DNA of 64,000 nt from contig OZ004609.1 in the NCBI GenBank assembly GCA_963924565.1, positions 17,546,001 through 17,610,000 of the forward strand, given 5' to 3'. Shown piece by piece: positions 49,378 through 62,700 of this stretch. Below the pieces are notes generated by a model, which had not been told where the DNA came from, did no database searches, and worked only from the letters and a program-made list of their open reading frames with translations. Position 1 is the stretch's first letter; every line of letters starts with the position of its first letter. The position numbers and the translations under genes are program-made. The DNA comes from Ascidiella aspersa. Its lineage: Eukaryota.

Positions 49378-50939
49378 ATGAAAATGACTTTTGCTTTTGC
49401 GCAACTATTTTGTTCCTTTTCATCTCTTTTCCATCGCTCGTCTAGCTCGTCACGTCGTCCTTCAATGTAAAGTCCTTGCCAACGCACGACGCAATGGAGA
49501 AGCCCATTATTCCACGATGGTTGTATTACCGAATTCAACTATGTTTTAAAATAGAAGGCCTATTAGGTCGAAGTCATGCGTGGCCCACATGATGTTGATT
49601 CGCTGACAAGAATGAAAAGAAATACATCATGATTGGAATATGTTTGAAGATTTTGAAGCTTGCTCACTTTATTTAGTTCTGCATTTATGTTTTGACAAAA
49701 ATGCTCAATGCTTTTCTTTTCGCGTTTTTATCGTTTGTAAATAAGAATATTGAGTTTGCTATTGCGCTTAAAAATGTTTTATTCTTTGTCTACAAATCTG
49801 ACACAAATGAAGAGTATTTTTAAACTACAGCCAGTGTAGACAATTAGTTTTCTTGCAAATTCATTAAGAGGAGAATAAATAGCTATTTTCGTTGTTTTAT
49901 TAAGGCAGTATCCAAGCTTTTTATTAACTGACCCCAATTTACATAAAATGAAAACAGCATTCACATGCGACCTTAGATTGTTTTCTAAAAAATTATTGAA
50001 CTAAATACCGCGAACGATTGATTATGATGCTTAAATTATACACAATTTCAGAGAACTGTGGCTACGCATGTGTACTAAAATGAGAAGTTTAAATAACACG
50101 AGGATTTAAACACATAAAAACATGATTCTTTTCATTTATTTTAACATTTTTAGTATATCCGTGGTTTAAACGAGTGCAATGAAAAAACTAAAACTACAGG
50201 AATCGGCGAGTGATGGCGGCTCCGTTAAAAGGCTAGGCGACCCCACATGGGGACGCGACCCATAAGTTAGAGACCACTGTATAAAGTATACTTCTGGAGA
50301 TAAGATCAATATAGACTCAGTGCATAGGGTTAGAAACGAGTATTAGCATTTAGGGGGAACTATTTATTAACCAAATAGTAATTCTTTTTTAATCCAAACA
50401 TTTCAGGAACTGTTAGTTGAAATAAAACATCAGAAAATAGTGCCATATATAGATGGGGGACATCACATAGTGACTTTATTAATGTAAAAAAAAAATTATT
50501 AACATGTAAAAAATTATACACATTTTTTTCAAATAGGTCCACAAGTATAACATCATAATCGGCATTCGTGAGTGATCTACCAGTAACTCTTCGATATAAT
50601 CGTAATTTAGCAGAATATCTAGATTATGAGACCTGAAAATATCGCCTTCATAACTATAAAGTATTACTGTCGTTCATAGGATACTTTTTTTATGGTTACC
50701 CAGATCCGGAATAACATAGACATGTTATACATAGTTTGTTTAAGGATTTTGTTTAAGCAATTTGCAAGGGTATGCAGTGAAGTTAAAAAAAGAATAGTTT
50801 TATTTATTTTACCTACCTGTACATTATTATGCAATAATAAGTTACAAGCCGAAAGGAAAAGACGCACGAGAAATAAAGATAGATAGCACCTAATAAAAAG
50901 CGAGTGCAGGTATACGTTTACTTTTGTGCAGATATACGT

Positions 50940-53900
50940 TTACAAACTGGCCCATTTAACTCAAAAAGCTGCGAGATACCTATTTCCTATAGCGCAATAT
51001 AGTATTCTGATTTTTTCACTGTTTTCACCGTGTTCTTGATTATCATTAAGGAAGGCAAAGTTTTGGCGTATTTACATCGATAAATCACAAAGCGAGCACA
51101 AATCAGTAAACAGTTTAGCAAATCATTCTCATTTACAGTTTCAAACAGTTAGTGGAATGGCTTGTTGGGATATAAAAAGTTTGAATGAAATCTAGGCTTG
51201 TGACCAAAGTTAAGCGTAAACGGTGCATTTGGGTTATTTAGTTGAATTGTTATACCTAAGTACTTAAATGAGTGTTCTGGCCACTCGAGGCCTTTGTTCG
51301 CGTAAGGTTTTTCTGTCGAAGAACGATTTGATACTACACGGAATGCAAGCGATTTTTGCATACTAATTTTATATCCGGACATGTCTCCGAAATATCGTCA
51401 GCGAGAATAGATACTTGAAATTCGTCGTCCTTCAATTGTAATGCAACTAATTCACCGTTACGCCACGCCGTTGCTAGACATTTAATACATATAGCAAAAA
51501 AGAGTCGGGAGATAATGGGTCGTCATGTTTGACACCTCTTTCGATTATAAATTCGCGCGACAAAAAGTTGTTGTTGTTTTTTTACAGGTAGGTAAAATTT
51601 CCTAATGTAATCCCAACCAACAGTGCCAAACACTTTGTAAATGTCCAAGGAAGAATGGAGCCTGGAATTTTATAAACGTCGGAGGAATCCGTAATTTCAA
51701 ACAGTATTAAGCGGAGATTAACTATCCACAATACATCAGCCCTCCATAAAACCATTTTGGTCTCAACTGATTAGGTACTCGATAATTGCTTTGTTCTGTT
51801 GTTTATAACTTATGATATAATTTCATAGTCGGCAATAAACAGAGAGATAGGGCGATAATTAGTTATCAGCGAAATATCTTGATGTGGCTTGGGGATCAAC
51901 GTTACAACACCTTACGCTTGACTTACTGAATTTATCGGTTTCTTCAGTATACATCCAAGCATCGTAAAACAAGTTTTTTAACTCTTGCCAAAAAGTCTGA
52001 TAAAATTCTACTGGCAATCCATCAAGGCTCGGGGACTTATTCCGCAGCATAGAGTTAATTGCTGATAAAATTTCATCAAGCGTGATTGGGCGTTCGTTCT
52101 ATTCTTTCTGTATCGCGCCTAGCCTCGGATATAATAAGTGTACGTTGAGTTGTGCTTAAGTTTATTTGGAATTGCATCGTTTGTATAGACTTTCAAAACA
52201 ATTGGCAAGTTCTTTCAAAATATCCTTTTGTTCTGTTTGGATTTGATCACACACTTTTAGGCGGTTGATTGATTTTTTTGGACGTTGCGTTTCTCTAAAT
52301 TTAAAAAGTACTTGGTTTTATCACCCTTCTCTGCCCAGCTTTTTTTCACCCTTCTCTGCTTCTAATAATTGCACCTTGTGTACGCTTTTCTATCAAGTTA
52401 TCTAGCTCCAGTTTTAAGTTGGCCAACTTATCGGTTTAACCATGTTGGATTTATTTGTTAGCGTTAATTCCCGTTCAATGCCTTGTATCGCCCCTTATAA
52501 ATATTCCTGTTGGCTGTGGTTTGCTAGTTTTATTTTGGCGCTGTGTTTAATGGATTCCCTAGTCCTAGGCTTGCCATTTTTTAGAAACGTAAATCCGGGA
52601 CGCATATTAAAAACTGCAAATAAACTTAATGTAGACCTAATACAAAAGATTTAATGCAGGTAATTAACTTAACGGGGTTGCGGTTGTTTTATATTTTGTC
52701 AGGAGGTATTTTCCAGGCCCCTATTTTTAAGGGTGGGCTGTCTAAGTAGCCTAATTTAAATTGTAACGGAGAGTAATGTTCTGTATTGTGAATAAAATGA
52801 GTCGGATAAATACTTTGTATAAGTAAAGTAGGAATCGGCCCTCGTGAAAGCAGCAACCATATTAGGCCGTACGTACATGTTGGAAAAGGCGCTGCTGTGT
52901 ACATTGACAAATTCGTATTCCTGGACCAAATCATACTCAAGCATAAGTTAAACAAAATGTAGGATTCCATCAAGCTGGCCTCTTAGAACTATTACATATT
53001 ATGCTGTACGTCATTTGTTTGAGCCGCGTGTTTTTGCCGATGATTTAAAAAGGCAATTTGACATGTTATTAAGTAATGTTACGGATAGCGTAATATCCTG
53101 GCTTGAGTGCTAAATAGTGTGTAACGTCAAAAAAACATTTTACTTTTTTCTAAATAAAACATTTTAATTTCTACAATCGTTAATTGTTATATACAGCATA
53201 TATGTTGGTTGTCCCTTGACTATTTTTTCCTTATTGTGCCTGAAATGGGTTAACTAAATGATTCCCCACAAATGGAGTTAAACAAAAAAGTATTACTTTT
53301 ATAGTTTTGAGAAAGAATTGCTAAATGGCTAACTCAAGAATTTTTACATTTTTAATTTTTTTTTGGTAAATCTCAAATTGAAAAATCCGGGACAAATTGG
53401 TTAACCGGCCGGGACACCGGGACAAGGCCTTAAAACCGGGACTGTCCCGGCTAAACCGGGACGTATGGCAAGCCTACCTATAGTCCCTATACGTATTGCG
53501 CGCTTCGTGCTTTTAATTTAGGCCTAATCGTTATTTAGCGAGAGATTTGTGTTTAGTTTCCAGTATCCTCTGCCACGAGGAGAACTCGAGTACTATTTTT
53601 TTGATCTGAGTTAATGGCTTGTGTGATATTTGCGGAACTTACTGTAGGTAATTTAGCGATGACTCCGATATGAAAAAGAAATCAATACACGTGGCGGTCA
53701 TGGGATTAACCGGAAGCCTATTGACGGGCTGTTGGGTGCAGATATCGAAACGCGTCACACAACTTGTAAGAATGCATGTGCGATAAAACACTGGCACGAG
53801 AATTTCGGTTAGAATGTGAGAGACCCTGGTTTTTATTATTATTACCCTGCACAACTGTATTATAATTACCTCCCAAAATAACTCCGAGTTATCAATAAAT

Positions 53901-54312
53901 GCTAGTTTCGTAAATAGTTGTTCAAAAAACAAAGGGAATGTCGTTGTTTGGGGCGACACGTCCAAAATTTAAATTCTTTGCCTTCAACCGTTGACGAGGC
54001 AACCAGGTACCTCCCTTCGGGGTCTATTTCTAGCTCCTTAATCGAAATCGAGGTATTTTTTGTCAATAAAATGGCATCGCGCTGGATATCTGAGCCCAAT
54101 ACAATGTTTTGTGCGAGAATCGCAGTTTATGAGCGACATAACTAACATATAATATGACTGTTTTATCGTAATTAACATCTCCCCAACTTACAAGTTTACC
54201 TATAGATAAACGTATTCGACGATTTTAGGCGCTTGGATCAAACTGCTACGATGTTTTTTTGTGGACTCAAACTACTGTTGGTTAAAGAGATGGCCACTAG
54301 TTTAAAAGCCAT
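50940..54312 (-). mobile_element. Decayed L1/Tx1-clade LINE ORF2 (endonuclease-reverse transcriptase) remnant
   Basis: Fragments in correct order on the minus strand: EIDPEGRYLV and CIDFFFISES (endonuclease), PRGRGYWKLN, NKSPSLDGLPVEFYQTFW, NYRPISL, SGYKISMQKS, FKYLGITI, C-terminal LLICARFVIYRCKY. Many stops, frameshifts and deletions. Confidence 0.88.
52566..53476. mobile_element. hAT/Tip100-like non-autonomous element inserted into the LINE
   Basis: TIRs taggcttgccat ... atggcaagccta; repeated subterminal ccggga(c) motifs; near-TSD cctagtcc / cct(at)agtcc. Confidence 0.75.
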
Positions 54313-55346
54313 TGTATAAGCCCTTTAAATAATGTCACCGTGGCATATAAGCAAAAATGTATCGTATTTTCCCCTTTCCTTAACGGCGAACTTATCGACT
54401 AGTAACAATACTAGTAGAAGAACCTGTGTACCCAAATTGATGTGATGCAATTTTAACCACGAAGGTCGTATAAACATTTCGTGCTACAAAAATTATTTAT
54501 TAAAATATATTGGTTTAAAAAAAACATGCGAACATATTTTTTGGTGGGAAAACACACTATAAAAATGCACGTTTTAAGCCGACACAACGCACCGAGGACA
54601 TACTTTCCGCTATGAACAAATAGCATGCTGGTTTATTATAAATCGCTTTGCGATTTTAAGGAGAACCGGACAGCAGATTGTTATTTAGCTTTAATGCCAT
54701 CGATCCAACTATTCAAACGGAGAAAAAACAATGGGGCAATTGGCGGATTAACAACAGAGAGCGTCGTAAATGCCTAACTGCCTTATGTAGCGCGCTGGTG
54801 TTATACCCTGCTCAGTGCAACGAGACCTTGATGTCAGCATTTTCCCAGGCACCGAATGGCCTTTGAATCACTTAATTTTTTTAATCCATCCTCAAATGCA
54901 ATGTGGAAGAATAACGGCGCCCGGGTTGCATTTCGTAAGCCGCTTTAGGCGCCTATGTTCACACAGCTAATTTACTGCAATGTTTAGTCGTTATAATTAT
55001 TATATTAGCAGAAACGAAAAAGGAAAAGGCGTTCAAAGACAACATCTTATAACGTGTGGGCTATCTGCCGCATAGAAATGTAGACGCAGAAAAGCAAGGT
55101 CAGGGTAGGCGTTTTAAATCAAAAATTGTACAACTAAGTATTAGCTTATATAAACAAATTGCTATGTGTAACGTAGGGAAATTACTAGCATATATTATAG
55201 TTAAAACAAATATCTTATTCGAAAGTGAAATAAGGCGCCAGGAATAGGAATGTCGTAAAACTTGGTTTTCGTTCTAAATATAACGTTCAGCATTACAGAA
55301 AAATGTTTTATGAAACGTTTTACATGTTTTGATTTCAGAATTAATA

Positions 55347-57072
55347 ATGCTAAAGGGTGCAATACAAATAAGTAAAATGCAAGTGCCTCATATGGCTTGC
55401 GATGATCGTGAAATTTCTCCGATTCGACATTCTTTTTCCATTGAATCTCTTATAAAGCGTGAGTTTACTTCCGAATGCCACGACATTAACTCTACAAACA
55501 AAGAAAGTTTATCTACAGAGGTATGTAATAAAGTTACACCTATATAACGTTCTATAAATGGATAAATGCTACTTTTCACATTATTTGCTCGAGGGCACAT
55601 CCATGTTTTTTATAGTGCTAACGTTTCGACATAGATAGAGCGCTGGTCGACATAAGGCAGTGAATTTTTTTTAACCTAAAGGTGGATTGCGTTTCATGCT
55701 ATATTTAAGTAAAAATTTTCAACTTAAAATGAAAGATATTTCAACTTAGTTTAACACAAGTTTTCTTATTAACATTTTTATGTCACCAAATACTGGTGCC
55801 AAGTTTTTCTTATAAATAAAATTCTGGCTAACTAAGTAAATTAATCAAATTCTTTTGCGCAATGCGAGAATGAAGAGGATGTAAGCTATATGGTATGTAT
55901 GATATGCAAGTTTGTGCAACGCGTTAACTCACACGTGGCTTCTGTGTGGCCAAACAGCTGTTGTCTAAGGCCTTACATCTTGTTTTTCAAAAATCATCTT
56001 AAAAATCGCATTGGGCTTTTACAAATAGCAAACAAATGCTATTTTTAGGGGTCAATGGGCCACGTCATCTCTAAACAGCCCTCTATCCCAATATAAAAAT
56101 ACCTGGACCCATGTGAGCAAACTACGGCGCTCCACTTTAGCCACACAAAATCTTTAAACTACCGTATATTACATTTACACTTTGTGTACTTTTTTGTTTT
56201 TCGATATTTACCAAAATATAATTGTATTTCAGGCCTGCATTGGAGAGCACTTGAGCGGAAATAACAAGTTACTTCCCTACGTCCGTATGCATTACCCTGC
56301 ACCAACCTCTAATAAGCAACCACTATCTACTTATCAGACAGCAAACGATATCATTGTGCCAAGAGTTTTCACTCCATACTCAAATTCCACGTCGCGTTCT
56401 CAAGATCTGGCGCATAATGTGACGCACGAGACTTTCGTCAAGGCAGGAAGTCCAACACTGGGCCTACCTTTAAACTATCATCAAAGGATTGCGGCTACCT
56501 ATGCCACCTTGTCGGCCTTGGGCTTAGCAGGGCGATTAACTTCTTCATTACCTGGACATCAGCCGTCTGAATTTCCATTTTCCGGGACACATCTCGGAAC
56601 TGATTGTCGCGACAGGCAAGTACCCAACTTCATGGATTACCGGAATCAAGCAACCACGAAACAACCAAGGACACCTCCTCGAATACCGAACTTCGCCGAC
56701 AATGGAAAACACGATCAGGGTCTTCACAAAGACAACAATTCTCTACACAATTCACTTGCAGGACAACTTTCTTCATCATACACCAGTCAATCGTTTAAAG
56801 CTTCTGTAGCTTGTGAGAATACCCAGTCCGAGGTTGACAAAAAACGCATGAGAACGGCTTTCACAGGACATCAACTCGTAGAACTTGAGCGAGAATTTCA
56901 TTCTGACATGTACCTTACACGCCTTCGAAGAATTCGTATTGCCCAAGCTCTAACTTTAACCGAAAAACAAGTTAAAATCTGGTTCCAAAACCGAAGAGTT
57001 AAGAGAAAAAAGGGAGATAAACCAGAACGTAATTCAAGTGGATCGGTGCAACTAAACAATGCCGAAACGTAG
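55347..57072 (+). CDS. Gsx: Gsx (GS homeobox, ParaHox class) transcription factor, ~337 aa, two coding exons
   Basis: Exon 55347-55520 (contains eh1/SNAG-like HSFSIESLI) joins in phase 0 to exon 56233-57072. Homeodomain [57 protein letters not shown] carries the Gsx-typical KRMRTAF, MYL, RLRRI and [20 protein letters not shown] at ~57137. Start codon uncertain. Confidence 0.87.
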
Positions 57073-59792
57073 ATTACTGAATTTATTTAGTTTTATTTAT
57101 TATTATATTAAACAAAAAATGTTCATTGGTTTATAAAATAAACTTTTGTGGCTTCTATACAACGAATTTTTTTTTAAAGTTTGATGTCAGCACACGCGAA
57201 GCAGTTTTCCGTGAAATACGTTTCTAAATTAACTATTAAATTCCTAAAAAAGTTTCAAGTACATCCAGGTATCGTTTTTGAAACAGTATAAGTTACTTTA
57301 CATCAATACTATAACTTTTGTATGCATAACCCAAAATGTTGCTTGGCTGCACTTTGGCTGTAATGCATTTATTTCGTTCCAATTTACAAAATTTATAGAT
57401 GGTTTGTCAAACAAGTTTTGAGGGCCATTGATCCGCAGCTCCATGGTAATTACACAGTAACCATGTAAAAAACATACTAGGTTTTACGTTTATCCTTTTA
57501 TAATACAAATTTGCCAAAAAATGTTACCAATTAGCCTCCAATTAAAAACAAACATTATGTAGGCCTAAAGTCAAATATGATTCGCGCAAAATGCGAAATT
57601 TTGTCTGGCATAGTTAAAATCAGGGCTGCGGAGTAGGTCGACAATGACACGTCTGACGCCAGCCAACAAAATAAACTTGAGTCCAACTCCACCCAATATG
57701 CTTCTTCTGTTAGGTCTCGAATCTATTTCCCTATCTGAGCCTATATTCAACCCCTTTACATAACGAAAATTATATGGATATGCAGCAATCCACTTAAAGG
57801 GGTGTCATATTTGTTAAACACTTATCAAAAACAACTTTGCCCAGTACAAAAAAACAACTTTCCTGTTTTGCCATTGCTTCCGCTCTTATATTTTAGTTGG
57901 TAAGCTTTATCATAATGGCAGCCATCACATCTTTGTAGCAAACACCAAAAGTAGAATTGGTGAACACAATTTCGGTACGTCTAAAGTTCCAGAAACGCCT
58001 CTGGAGTAAATATTATAAAAATTAACATTTAAAGGGTTAACTGGTTGACGTTTTTTATTGTTTTAGCACTAAAGAGTGTGACGGAGTAACTAAATTAAGA
58101 ATATTATCGTACAATATTTTTTATCAGGTGTCTCTTTAATCACTAGTGAAGGAATTTTAAATACGATTAAAGTAAAGGCATAGAAAAACTTGTTTGTTAA
58201 GTATTCTGCGCACCTTGCAAAATTTGCGTCCGTCACGCAATACCCAATAGCCTTTTTTACTAAGAAACCTAAATCCAGCTTGCGAATGTCATTCCCACTC
58301 CTGTCAAGCAGTATACTAACATCACAAACACTCAATAGCCGAGCGGCCAGTTTCATAATTCGTGTTTTAATTGTTGTTAATTTTATTCAACATTTCTTGT
58401 AATCGAGTTGCGAAATGTACACGGGCAGTTATTGTTAGTGGGTGCTTGTGGCGCCCGAACAAAAGCGAAAATGTGCCGTCCACGACTGAAACTCAACGAA
58501 TAAAATCGGTATACACGAAGTTCTCCCCTTCATTCCCCACAACAGCTAAGAATTCGGGAGAAGCTCCACAACTCAACCAATATAGAAAAATGACAATGGA
58601 TCTACAAATAGTTCTACTGAATTGGTTTTAACCCGTATTCTACATATGGCGTACCGATGAATGAGCAAGTATAAAGAAGCTACTCTTTTAAAATCCTCTA
58701 CTTTGGGGAAGCGTCTGTATCTGATCAAAAGAGCATTCTTCAATAAGAAAATAATGTTAAAACCGGATATTTCATACCATTCCTATATGGGTAGGTCTTT
58801 TGCGTTGTGGTCGCAAATAAAATTAACAAGAGTTTAAAAAACGGCTTAAAACTGTAAAAAAGCGAGAGAAAACGTACATATTGAAATACAAGATATGAAA
58901 ACAACGCATACGCTGCAAGTTGACGCGACATGGGAAGGAAATTAAACACACAGCAAACGAAGACTAAAATGGGTTAAAACAATTATATTATATAGACAAT
59001 ATAGTTATATGAATCGATGTGCCAAAAAACGGAGCACAATGAGGAAGTAACCTCAATAAAAACTACAACCACGATATTTGGTGTTGTAGATGCAAACAGA
59101 CAAACAAACAAACAACTTGCGGCTGTCACTTTGGTTTAAATTTGGCGATGATGATTTGCAAGCGATCTTACATAGCCGCTACTTATTCGATGCAGAAGCT
59201 CTTTGTATAGGTAATTAATGCCAAATAAACGATAAAGTGAGTTGATTTTGAGGATTGCAGGAAAAAGGGGTTGGCTTGAAAGTGCGCTTATCGCGGTAAT
59301 TAAACAGAAATTAAAGCAAATTATTACATAGTAAGTTATATCGATATATATAATTACGTGACGGTTAGGTTTTTTGTATTTCAAATACTTAGAATAGCAC
59401 CCTTAACATACTGGCGTCATAAGCGATCGGTTAGTTGGCTGGAAAGGGGGTAGGCAGGGCGAAGACAAGAAAGAAATCCAACCGACGTCCCTGCTGGTTT
59501 AAAGACAGATAAAAACTTGTCCAGAAAAGCTAAAAATTTAAAAGCAAACGACAAAGGCGAAAAGGCGCAAACATTTCGCCTCTGTCCACCAATTATCTTA
59601 CTCCTATAGTTTCGTCGTTTGTGATGAGCACCGTATAAAAAAGCAACAAAAATACAGATCGAGCGAGCAAGTGAGTGGAGTGTCGCATTCTCTTTCCCCC
59701 CATCGTCCGACCATTTTCTCCACCTTGCGGCAATAAAAAGGGATTGAGTTTCACCGGCTGGGTTGGCGATTAACATGAATGTGAAGCTGGAG

Positions 59793-62700
59793 TTAACCGG
59801 TCTGCCAAAGTAAAGTATTCGTCAGAATAAAATGGTTAGAATAATCTAAATTGATTTTAACCATTTTTCAGTCATTGCTGTTGTTGTAAAAAACACTATC
59901 TCCAAAACAGTGATTCTCAAACATTTTTCTAGCGACGCCTTTAAAAAGTTTGTTTATCTGGCTATGCACTTAACGATAGGATTTTTAATAGTTTTTAATA
60001 TTATTAATACACAAAAAACAAAACAAGCAAAACGATTGCTGAACTTTTACGATATTAACTAAGTTTTGGATAATAAATCAAGTGTGGTCTTTCACAGGAT
60101 TGTTTTAAATTTAGTGTGATGTATATAAGCAGAGCTTCAAACTTTTAAAAAAATATCTCCGTTTTTTTTTAATTTACGTCTAGGCAGATAATGCACCGTG
60201 GTGTTATTGACCAATATCTTGCTGCAAAATACACATTAAGGCTTCCTGGCCATTCAGATTTACCCGCTGCTTTTCATACCCCGAACCTCGATAAAAGTAG
60301 TTGACTACTCAAGAATATTAGAAGTACGGTAACATGCAATTATATTTTTGCATTTTAGCCGAAGTTGAGTTTAGATAAGAACCGGATTATTGTGCGGCGC
60401 CATTGGAAATTGGAAAAGACGCACAGTTTGAGAACATCTGCTCTAAATAAAAGCGGACGAACACCTAGCAGATTGAATTTTAACCTGACATATTTCAGTT
60501 AAAATACAAACGAAAGGTGCAGAGAAGGTTACAGCAGCAACAAGGCGTACGTTGAAAAGTCACTCACCGTTCCTCCTATGCTCTCGCTTCTTCTTCCTTT
60601 TTGCTGCATCATCTCTTTGGTCATCACCATCTGCGCTTGGAGCGCGTCTGCCTCCAACGACTTTAACCTGGAAGTCAAAGTCCAGGTTACGCGGATATGA
60701 CACGTTAAACATTGCTGTGTGGCATAACACAATAGTCGGTTTGCGTCCCCCAACGTATATATAACATGACCACTAACAAGTCCGAGGTAAAGGTATGTTC
60801 GTCATAATCAAGAATCTTTTGAAACCCCTCGAGCCCGAAATTGTGGAAAAATGGGTGGCGCACCGTAATTCCTTAAAACAGTATGTTTGTTCGCAAAGAA
60901 AACTTCTACTGATATATGTTAGAATTTCTGAATCAAGCGAGTAATTTTCTGAATCGTGCGTATCTACCAAACAATATTGGAAAACTAAATCCGGGAATAT
61001 ATTGCGGGTTAATTGCCTTAAGACTACAGACCCGGACAAATATCTAGCGTTTGAATATATCTTAACCGACCTATTTATTATACTATTGTGTCTATTCTGC
61101 GCACTTGCCCATGCAAGTTGTACCGACAAATGATAACGAAACACATTGCTAGTAATAGAACACCAGATGACTTCGCAAGTCTTGCAGCAATCATTCGACC
61201 TAATCAGGATAATTTGTGCTGTTATCGTTGGTCAGAACGACTTTAAAAGGGGTTAATCAAAGAGTATACGTAATGTGTATAATGCATGGTTCAGTTGCCT
61301 AATACAAAACTTTCGTTCCACTTCAAATGTAGTCAAACAAAATCAGCAGAAAATGATACTACGGCCGTTTCTCGGCCAGTTGCCACTGGACCTAGCTCTG
61401 TCTGTAGCAGTGGCTCGGCCTTTGGTCGTGAGTTCGAACCAGCTTGTTTTTTAACCCTGCTTTGCTTGCACACTAATACGACTACGTCGGACAATTCGAC
61501 AAGCCCCGTCGAAGGCATTCGGTGTAATATATTTAAAGAAATGAAGGGTAACTTGAATGGATAGACAAACAACAACAATCCACATCCGTGACATACAACA
61601 TATAAAGAGTTTAAATTTTCGAGTGATTTCATGCACAACTCTGGGCTACCGCTTATCAACATGAAGTCCAAACAATTAAAATAGTTTCCTATACAACCGA
61701 AAACCTTGTTGACAAACCGTTAGCTTTTCTACTGTAAAAAGTGTAAACAAATATTATCACATGGTGGAAGTTGTATGTTGTGCCATGTGTAGTGCGGGTG
61801 TATGGGCGACGGCCGAGGGCGCTTTGTATTTACACGGTTGCGTTAGATGTGTGAGTGTGAGCAACTGTACATGCCAAATGCGGCTGTGTGCTTAGGTGCT
61901 GAGTACGGCCCGTGCTTCTGTGTCTGTATGCGTGTTATATTTTGTGTGCGTGCCCACGTGGGCGTCTGAGTGTTCCCATAGATGCATTTCACGAATCTTG
62001 AAAACCTTAAATTGGTGCTACAGAGGTAGTATGACGAATAAACAGGATCGTAATTTGGCCTGGCGCATGAGCGTGATGACACTGCTTCGAAGCGCTATCA
62101 ATCAACCCTAATTTCACAACGAGAACCACGACCAACATTACATTCAAGCAGACCTTACACGCAAGACATCTTTCTACAAGAACAATAATCAACCTGTTGC
62201 CATTCACGTTTGTGACGTGATATTCATTGGTCGGGGCGGCTGAGATAGAACTCGAAAGTGACCTTTTGACGTAGAAGCGCTTCGCCTTGAGCGAATTGTA
62301 AGCGGCGATGTCGGTTTCTAACTCTTCCCTTGGGTAAAGCAAGATAATTTCGTAGAATGACACTACCCTCAGGGCAAATAGTATACGACTCCAGGCGTTA
62401 TTATGTAGGTTTGATGAAGTTCAGCAGAAATGACAATTTTCAAACAAACCACCGTCGTTTGCAGTTATTTGGAGAAGAGCCGTCACCAGCATAGACAGTG
62501 ATAAATTACTCTCATGTTATTTGATAAACGTCACGTCTTGTAAATTTATAGTGGTCTAACGTTGCTGTTCACAATATACTTTTTATATCTTAAAGATATG
62601 TAAATCGAGACAACCTAGTTCCAAAATAGGTTTAGTTTAATACTCTATTCAAATCGCATTGATGTTGAAAATTCAGTTTTACGCACCTGGCCTGTCGCCA

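Noticed and set aside
49188-49381. Alternative last exon in the SLIKFPLFMQPC..CRCAE frame
   Set aside because: The acceptor at 49216 has a better polypyrimidine tract and a CTAAT branch-like motif at a suitable distance; the upstream AG is less favoured but cannot be excluded without RNA data.
56840-57015. Meox, Mnx or Hox identity for the homeobox
   Set aside because: YLTRLRR is Meox-like, but KRMRTAF, M24, I32, EKQVKIW and V54, plus the SFxIxSLI motif, fit Gsx better.
61333-61671. 112-aa minus-strand ORF as an extra Scribble exon
   Set aside because: Much of it is the degenerate third copy of the tRNA-containing repeat.
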